From Eledone cirrhosa (taxonomy: Eukaryota): a stretch of 64,000 nucleotides of DNA. Where the stretch lies: NCBI GenBank assembly GCA_964016885.1, contig OZ024741.1:207948001-208012000 (forward strand), read 5' to 3'. Numbering within the stretch: the stretch's first letter is position 1; each line of letters begins with the position of its first letter. The notes beneath the pieces are model-generated. The model did no database searches, had not been told where the DNA came from, and saw nothing but the letters and a program-made list of their open reading frames with translations. Positions 57,008 to 64,000 of the stretch are shown one piece after another. Made by a program: the position numbers and the translations under genes.

Positions 57008-57442
57008 ATATGCCAACCTAGTCATGGGATACCTGGAAATCACCCTCTACACTAAAGTACTAAACAAATTTGGAAACACTCTCCACTTACACATAGAAAA
57101 GAATTGGAAGCGATATCTAGATGACTGCTTCATCCTTTGGCACGAAAACATCGAGAAACTTAAAGAATTTCACACCCTTATAAATGGGCTCAACACGAAT
57201 ATTAACTTTACGATGGAATACAGCCATCAACAACTCCCCTTCCTCGACATCCTCATTAAGATTCATAACAAAAAAATAGAAACAGACATATACTACAAGC
57301 CCACAGACTCCAGGCAATATCTTCCTTTCAACTCTTGCCACCCTAGACACGTTAAAATTAATATTCCCTACAACTTAGCCAAGAGAATCTGTCTCCAATA
57401 AAAACACCTGTTACTTACGGCTACAAGAACTAAAGGACACAC
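57008..57442 (+). pseudogene. Penelope-like RT fragment (probably Neptune-type)
   Basis: YANLVMGYLE..WKRYLDDCFILW..LPFLDILI..TDIYYKPTDSRQYLPFNSCHPRH; starts at (AT)n and is cut off at the L1. Confidence 0.85.
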
Positions 57443-60400
57443 TCATAGGCGTTCCAGTGTTTCTCCACCTGGAAGTCTGGACCAAACCAGACCCCGATAA
57501 AATTTCACCGGTTCGTCCGTCCAGCGTCCACCGACGATGCCGAACGTCATTGGTTTGCCTCTCCACGTATCGAATTGCAAACTGACAGACTTGTCCGGGT
57601 TTAGTTTTGCTCCCGTCAGCGTTTCGGATTCTTTCAGTAAGTTACCGATCACCCCGATTTCCGAGGTGGTCCACACCATTACCGTCACGTCGTCGGCATA
57701 AGCCGATGCGGCCTTGTGCATTCCCGGTACTAGAGGGATGCCCTGCAACAGCTCCAATTTCCGCAGAAGTGGCTCTAGCGTCAATACATACAGAATGTAG
57801 GAGAGAGGGCATCCCTGTCTAATAGAACGCGTGATTGCGAACGGCTCCGATAGGTAGCTGTTCACCTTGATCCTCGAGCAGATGCTGGTAGTATCGCCTT
57901 GATCCAGCCTCTGAAAACGGGACCGTAACTGGCCGCCTTGAGAACCGCTTCCAAGTATCGATGGTCAAACTGATCCAAATTGATCAGAGCCCCACCGAAG
58001 CCGGGTTTACTATCCACCCATCATCGCATGAGGTTGTTGTGTATGGACCTGGTCGGGATTGCACACGATTGCGCTTCCCCTACCAGGTTCTCGACGACAA
58101 GCGCCAACCTCGTCGCTAGCACCTTGGCCAAAAGTATAACTCTGCGTTGAGCAGAGTTATGGGCCTGAAGTTGTTAATTTCGTCCCCCTTGTTCTCGTGT
58201 TTTCCTGATCAGCGTTAGTACGCCCTTGCCTGCAGAACTGGGAATTCTACCGCTCTGCTGCCAATTGCAGTAGACGGCTTCGAGGACGCCAGAGAACATG
58301 TCCGGCATGCCTATGTAAAATTCATAGGGTAGACCATCTAGACCGGGGGACTTGCGTTTCCCGCAGCGGCCCAGAGCGTCCCGTATCTCAGTGTCCGTGA
58401 TTGGTCTTTCGCAGAACTCGGCGTCCGTGTTTGAGAGACGCAGCAGGCCGTCGAGGCATGAACTAAAGACCATTGCCCCGTTCGGGTCACCGTCGTTCTG
58501 CTCAAACAGTCGCGCAAAGTGCTGCTGAAAGGCCGCGCACATCTTGGGGTCAAATAGCACGCGTCCTCTTTGGTCTTTCAAAGACCGAATCGTGGAGTTG
58601 TTGCCACTTTTCGCCTCCGCCACTCGAGCCCAGCTGACAGCTTTCGCTCTTTCGTTTCCTAGAGCACGTGTTTTGCTTCTGACCATGCAGCCTTCGTGTT
58701 TCACGTCGAAGAACTGGTCCAGTGCCGTTCTCGACTTTAACACTCTAGCCGCGTTGCCATTTATAAGTGCCTCCTCTACCTTGGCTACTAGTTCTCTTTC
58801 TATTTTATTTTTCTCTGAGGGTAACTCTCTGCTAAATCCTATCGATTCTACTCTAATTGCTTTCTTGAGAGAGTACCACATTCTATTGTTGACGATAGCT
58901 CCCGTGAACTGTTGCTTGACTAGTCTACTTATCCATTCACTGTAAGCTTTACGTGCCGGCAACGACACTTTCAGCTTCCAGTATCCGACCGATTAAAGAG
59001 TTGAGGCTGCTGCACCCCGCTCTACTGGGACATGATCGTACATAGTACCATCGTGCATCTAGGATACCATTCCAGTTCCCCACTAAAAGCAAGGAGCGAG
59101 ACGTTCCCAGAAAAGACTCTAGACGCTTAAAGAATTCTGGCCGCGATTGTGATTGTCCGGTCGGGGCATAAACGGCCACCAGTCTGAAGGCTCCACCTCC
59201 AATACTGTTCACATCTAGGACCACCAGTCTACGCTCCGGGACCAAGTGTACTTGCTGTACTTCGAGATCCAGGTTTTTCCGAAACATGACAGTCACCCCC
59301 ACCCCTACCCCCGGCTGATAGAGAGATGCGTAGATCTCAAAATCATTGAAGATGGGGGTTAGTTGCTGCCTGTTGTGTATCCTGGACTCGGTGATGGCTA
59401 TTACATCTATACCGTGTGACCTAAGGTCGTTTAAAAGTTGGCCCTGTTTCCAGAGCATCCCTAGGCCACGCACATTCACGCTTCCAACTCGTAATTCAGC
59501 CATGTTGGTGGAGCAGAGTTGGCGAAAAGGACGAAAGGTGCACTTACATTTTCGTTTCCTGGAGATCGGGTTGTTCAATCTCCATTTCAGTTCTGGTGGG
59601 GGTTTTGGGTTGAGAGATGTGGTTGAGATGTGGTTGAGAGTCTGCTTTTACAAAAGTTATTCCCTCAGTTTCCACTTTGGGGTCCTGTTAGATGACCTCC
59701 TTCAAATTTTTGTTGTTTGTGTTGATGTATGTATATTGTTGTTTTTGTTTTGGTTGTGTTGTTTTAGTTTGTCGTTCGTCTGTGAGTTTTCTTTTTTGTG
59801 TTTGGGGTGGTGTTGGTGTTTGTTTGGTTGGTAGGGGGGGTTGTGGTGTTGTTTGTGTTGTTGTTTGTTCTGTGGTTGTGTGTTGGTGTTGGTGATTGCA
59901 GTTTTGGGGGTTTTGTGGTGTCTCTTATTTTTGTTTTTTGGATTTCCGGCGTTCTCCTTCTTCACTTAAAGAAGGAGAAGCAGCCTCATCTGTTAATGAA
60001 TAATCATCATCAGAAGTGTGGGGTAGGAGTATGTTGTGTGGTGATGGTGTTTTGGTGTGTGTGTTTGTGGTAGTTTTGGATTGAGTGGGGTATGTTCTTC
60101 AGGGGTGCTGACTGTGTTTTTTCTGTCGTTTGTGCTTGAGTGGTTGTTTGTTTGGGTGTGTTTGCTTGTTTTGTGTGTTGTTGTTGCGGTGGTGTGGTGG
60201 TGGTGATTGTTTTGGTGTTGATGTTGGTAAAAGTACTTTTTTTAAAGATTTGTTTGTAAAGTGCTGGAGGCTTTTAGGTGTGATGTGCTTGCACAACGAA
60301 AACAGTGTGGCTCTCTATCTTCAGTTACAATGTTTATGGAGTTTTGGTTGTCGACCAGCACTCTTTCGGGGATTTTGGAAATTCTTTCTGGTTTCATTTG

Positions 60401-61050
60401 TATCAGAATTTATTTATTTTAATCTTATGTGTTCTTTTTCCCATGTAAGTAGGGGAAAAGATGTGTGTTTTTGTGATGACTGGTGTAACAGAATGCTTTT
60501 GTGCGAGGGCCTCGCTTTTAAAAAGTACCGAAATACTTCCATATAGTCTGGCCCACTGCCTGTTCTGAAGGTTACTGTCCTTTGAACTGTTTCTCGTTTA
60601 ATTTGCAAGGGTGAGTTTATATGAAACCCACCCTTTTCTTCAAAGGTTATGAATTGTTTTGCATCGGTCAACATTTGTTTGGAGTTGCATATGTCGATGT
60701 GTTTGTACTCTGTTTTATTTATCACAGTCTGTGCGAATGTTGTTTTTTCAATTTTGTTGTTGTCGGTTTTTTCGTTTGTAGTTGTTCAATTTCTGCATTT
60801 TCTGTAATTGTTGGTGTCTTTGTGGGCTGTTATTTTCATCTTTTGTTGTGTAAATATCCATTTCTTTACGAAATAAAGTTTTGTTGTTGTTTGTCTCCAT
60901 AGATACTTCTGTGGAAATAGAGGGAGATATAACGCTTATATCTGTCTCTTTCCCTCTCTTCTCGCAGTCTTCTGTTAAAGTTAGGAACATTTAAAAAAAT
61001 TCTCAATAACTTTTCTTCATCAAATTTCCTCCCCTCTGGTGCAAAAACTG
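57443..61050 (-). mobile_element. L1/Tx1-clade LINE, degraded (ORF1 plus APE-RT ORF2, 3' end missing)
   Basis: ORF2 starts at 59503: SVNVRGL..AITES..VAVYAP..VGNWN (APE); KSPGLDGLPYEFY, IRQGCPLS, AYADDV (RT), with several frameshifts. Upstream ORF1 remnants carry a CFRCASTSHL knuckle. Confidence 0.9.
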
Positions 61051-61178
61051 AGCTTACTACCCAGTTGACAATTCAGCCAGGGTGTTAATCTATCAAACAA
61101 TATATATTTTCACACAATAAATTCTGTTTTTGTATAGAACATTTTACAAAAACTTACCAACGATCTACCTCATGTCCT

Positions 61179-61275
<97 letters not shown>

Positions 61276-61315
61276 CAGAGAGAGAGAGACAGAGAGAAAT
61301 AGATAGATAGATAAA

Positions 61316-61368
<53 letters not shown>

Positions 61369-61399
61369 GCATATTGTTATATACATATATATATATTGT

Positions 61400-61432
<33 letters not shown>

Positions 61433-61512
61433 TTGGCATTATACTGTATGTTTAATTAAAAACATCTTGAAGAGCATTCGCTATGGGTTTTAAAGTTGTG
61501 ACTATGTCACTT

Positions 61513-61563
<51 letters not shown>

Positions 61564-61565
<2 letters not shown>

Positions 61566-61944
61566 AGTATGTATACGTACATACAAATATGTATACAGAC
61601 GTACAGTAGTATGTATATATATATACATACATGCATGCATATATATATGTACGTATGGGTTTACCGAACATTTATTATAATGTTCCGTTTGTTTGTAAAC
61701 AAACAGCCCGAATTTAGCCGTACAGTGTTCGGCAACCATCGTCGCGCTTTTGTTCAACACTGACAAAGGAACGATGAACTAGTTTCAAGCTTATTAACTA
61801 TCGTCAGCATCGTATACATTCCTGTCAGATGATTGGACGTTTGAAAGTATATACTTTCCTTATGCATATTAACGGCTGAGCAGCCTAATTTGCATTTAAG
61901 TATCAGCCGTACTAAGAGTGAGAAATTTCATTTCATTCATTTCC

Positions 61945-61950
<6 letters not shown>
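61564..61950. mobile_element. Family A diverged copy with internal inversion
   Basis: 61564-61895 is on minus and 61893-61950 is the 3' end on plus; both sides lie in (AT)n. Confidence 0.8.
61772..61812 (-). ncRNA. Minimal type I hammerhead ribozyme (family A)
   Basis: Minus strand reads cgatg-CTGACGA-tagtt-aata-agctt-GAAA-ctag-TT-catcg. Confidence 0.8.
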
Positions 61951-61984
<34 letters not shown>

Positions 61985-62405
61985 GGAAAAGAAAGAAATG
62001 AAACTATATATATATATATTGTATATGTGCAACATATATACGTGTATCTATGCATACATATGTACTTATGTATGTATATGTACATATAATATGCATACAA
62101 ACACACAGGTAAATAACGAACATATATATGTATACATATGTATATGTGTGTGTGTATCCCGGGTTCAATCGGGGGTAATCACAGTAATTAAGGTTCCAAT
62201 ACATAGTAGAGTATATACAAGATTTAATATAGAAATAGTTTCTACAGGACTAAAACAGTTTCATTCATATATATTCAATACAAAGTGTGTAAGCGATTCT
62301 ACCCCAATGGATATAAATATATGCACATATCTGTAAACACATATCAGTAAACAGATATCAGTAAACAGATATAACTTTATCCTATTCTTCAGCTGGTAGC
62401 ACATT

Positions 62406-62800
62406 TCAGGTGTCGCAGAAGAGAGGGGGTGAGGGTGAGGGGGATTGTGATTTGGACCTAGGGTAAGGAGGCAGGAGTGCTGTCCGGACGATGGTCAGTG
62501 ACACCCGCTGCAACAGCCACCCGACATCACGGGGCTCCCTCCTGTACGGGAGCTGACGCTCCGATTCTGTGAGTAGCTCGGCAGTACGGGGTCCAAATAT
62601 GCCTGAGGTCTCGACGGCGACCGGTGCGGAGAGGAAGTGACCAGACAAACCCCGATATTTGTTTATTTTACGTTCTTCTGTGAGGCGCGGGCTGCGATGC
62701 CGGGGTTTGTGGCCGAAGCCACTAAGTTGGAGGCGGAGAACTTGTCGCAGCAGGTGGTGTCTCTGAAGAGGGATCTACCTCCTTCGAACGGGAATATCAC
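62406..62800 (-). pseudogene. CRE-like LINE 3' end (restriction-like endonuclease)
   Basis: APVAVETSGIFGP..REPRDVGWLLQRVSLTIVR. Confidence 0.7.
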
Positions 62801-63054
62801 GGGCGCTAATTATGTGCAAATGTGTGTGTCCATTTCAGAGTAATACTACAAACAAATGGGTATATACACCCATCAAATACATGTCTCTTTGTGCTTGATT
62901 GGATGATGTACACCTCTTCTGAGTGGGGTCCAATAAGATCCGAAAATTGATTAAAGATGTTTATCATTCTTATCAATTTACATGGAAATTTGCATTTTCT
63001 CACAATTTTATTAGATATGTGTATATATTTATACATGGTGGTGCAGTTTCGGTT

Positions 63055-64000
63055 ACACCCCGACAACAACAAAATTGAAAACAACATTCGCACATACTGT
63101 GATAAACAAAACAGAATATAAAGAATTGGAGATCAGCAATTCAAAACAGATGTCTGGTGCGAAACAATTTATAACATTTGAAGAAAAGGGTGGGTTTCAA
63201 AGGAACTCACCCTTGGAAATTAAACGAGAAACAGTTCGAAGGACAGTGACCTTCAGAACTGTTTCAAATCAAAAAAAAAAAAAACGGCATTCCTCAGTCA
63301 AGGGCAAATTGAAACCACCTTGAAAGAGGTTCTGCCGGACATTGATTTTATGCAGAGGCCAGTCTATATGGAAGTATTTCGGTACATTTTAAAAACGAGG
63401 CTCTCGCACGAAAGCATTCTGTTACACCCGTCATTACAAAAGCACACGCCTTTTTTCCCTACTTAGGAGGACGACCAGAAAAAGGTGGGCAGGAAATTCT
63501 GGGTGGAAATTCTGATACAAATGAAACCAGAAAGAATTTCCAAAATCCTCGAAAGAGTGCTGGTCGACAACCAGAACTACATTAACATTGTAACTGGAGG
63601 CAGAGAGCCACACTGTTTTCGATTTGCAAGCACATCACATTTAAAAGCTTCCTGCCCTTTACAAACAAATTTAAAAAAAAAAGTACTTTTGTCAACACCA
63701 AAACAACCACCATCACCATAACAACAACACATAAAACAAGCAAACATACCCAAACAAGTAACCACTCAACCACAAAAAAAACAGAAAAACATAGTCAGCA
63801 CCCCCGAAGAATACATCCCACCCTACCCCACTCAATCCAACACTACCACAAACACACACCAAAACACCATCACTATACAACATACACATAGCCCACACTC
63901 CTGATGATGATTATTCATTAACAGACGAGGCTGCTTCTCATTCTTTAAGTGAAGAAGAAGAAGAGCCTCGGAAATGCATAAAAATTAAAAAAGAGACACC
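63055..64000 (+). mobile_element. Second L1/Tx1 ORF1 region, running off the window end
   Basis: Reverse-complement similarity to about 59920-60770 (INKTEYK..KQFITFEEKGGF..GGREPHCFR). Confidence 0.85.

Noticed and set aside
62806-63093. 95-aa ORF as a host exon
   Set aside because: Looks more like a decayed RTE RT segment (KFPCKLIRMI..GPHSE..IQS) running into the L1 copy.

Overview
This is AT-rich eukaryotic DNA with no host protein-coding exon that I can support. The SINE families resemble those of octopod cephalopods (recognised from memory, not searched). The window is almost entirely microsatellites and transposon debris. Retroelement remnants include Penelope-like elements (PLEs: three Naiad-type and other GIY-YIG/RT fragments), an L1/Tx1-type LINE, RTE, CRE-like and R4/NeSL-like LINE fragments, and tRNA-derived SINEs. 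DNA elements include a pogo/Tigger fragment and MITEs. Most ORFs in the supplied track are translations of simple repeats. The main hidden signal is about 20 type I hammerhead ribozyme (HHR) motifs from roughly a dozen families, read by eye on both strands. They sit near the 3' ends of elements inserted in (AT)n and often form head-to-head inverted pairs. The best candidate for a new system is a non-coding, self-complementary, 421-nt tandem (circularly permuted) HHR element at 7535-8450, with relatives at about 47.9, 48.8 and 61.6-62.0 kb; it looks like a cephalopod retrozyme that would produce a circular RNA. HHRs in PLE terminal repeats are already known, and I cannot establish novelty without a database search. 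No folding or alignment software was run, and element boundaries are approximate.
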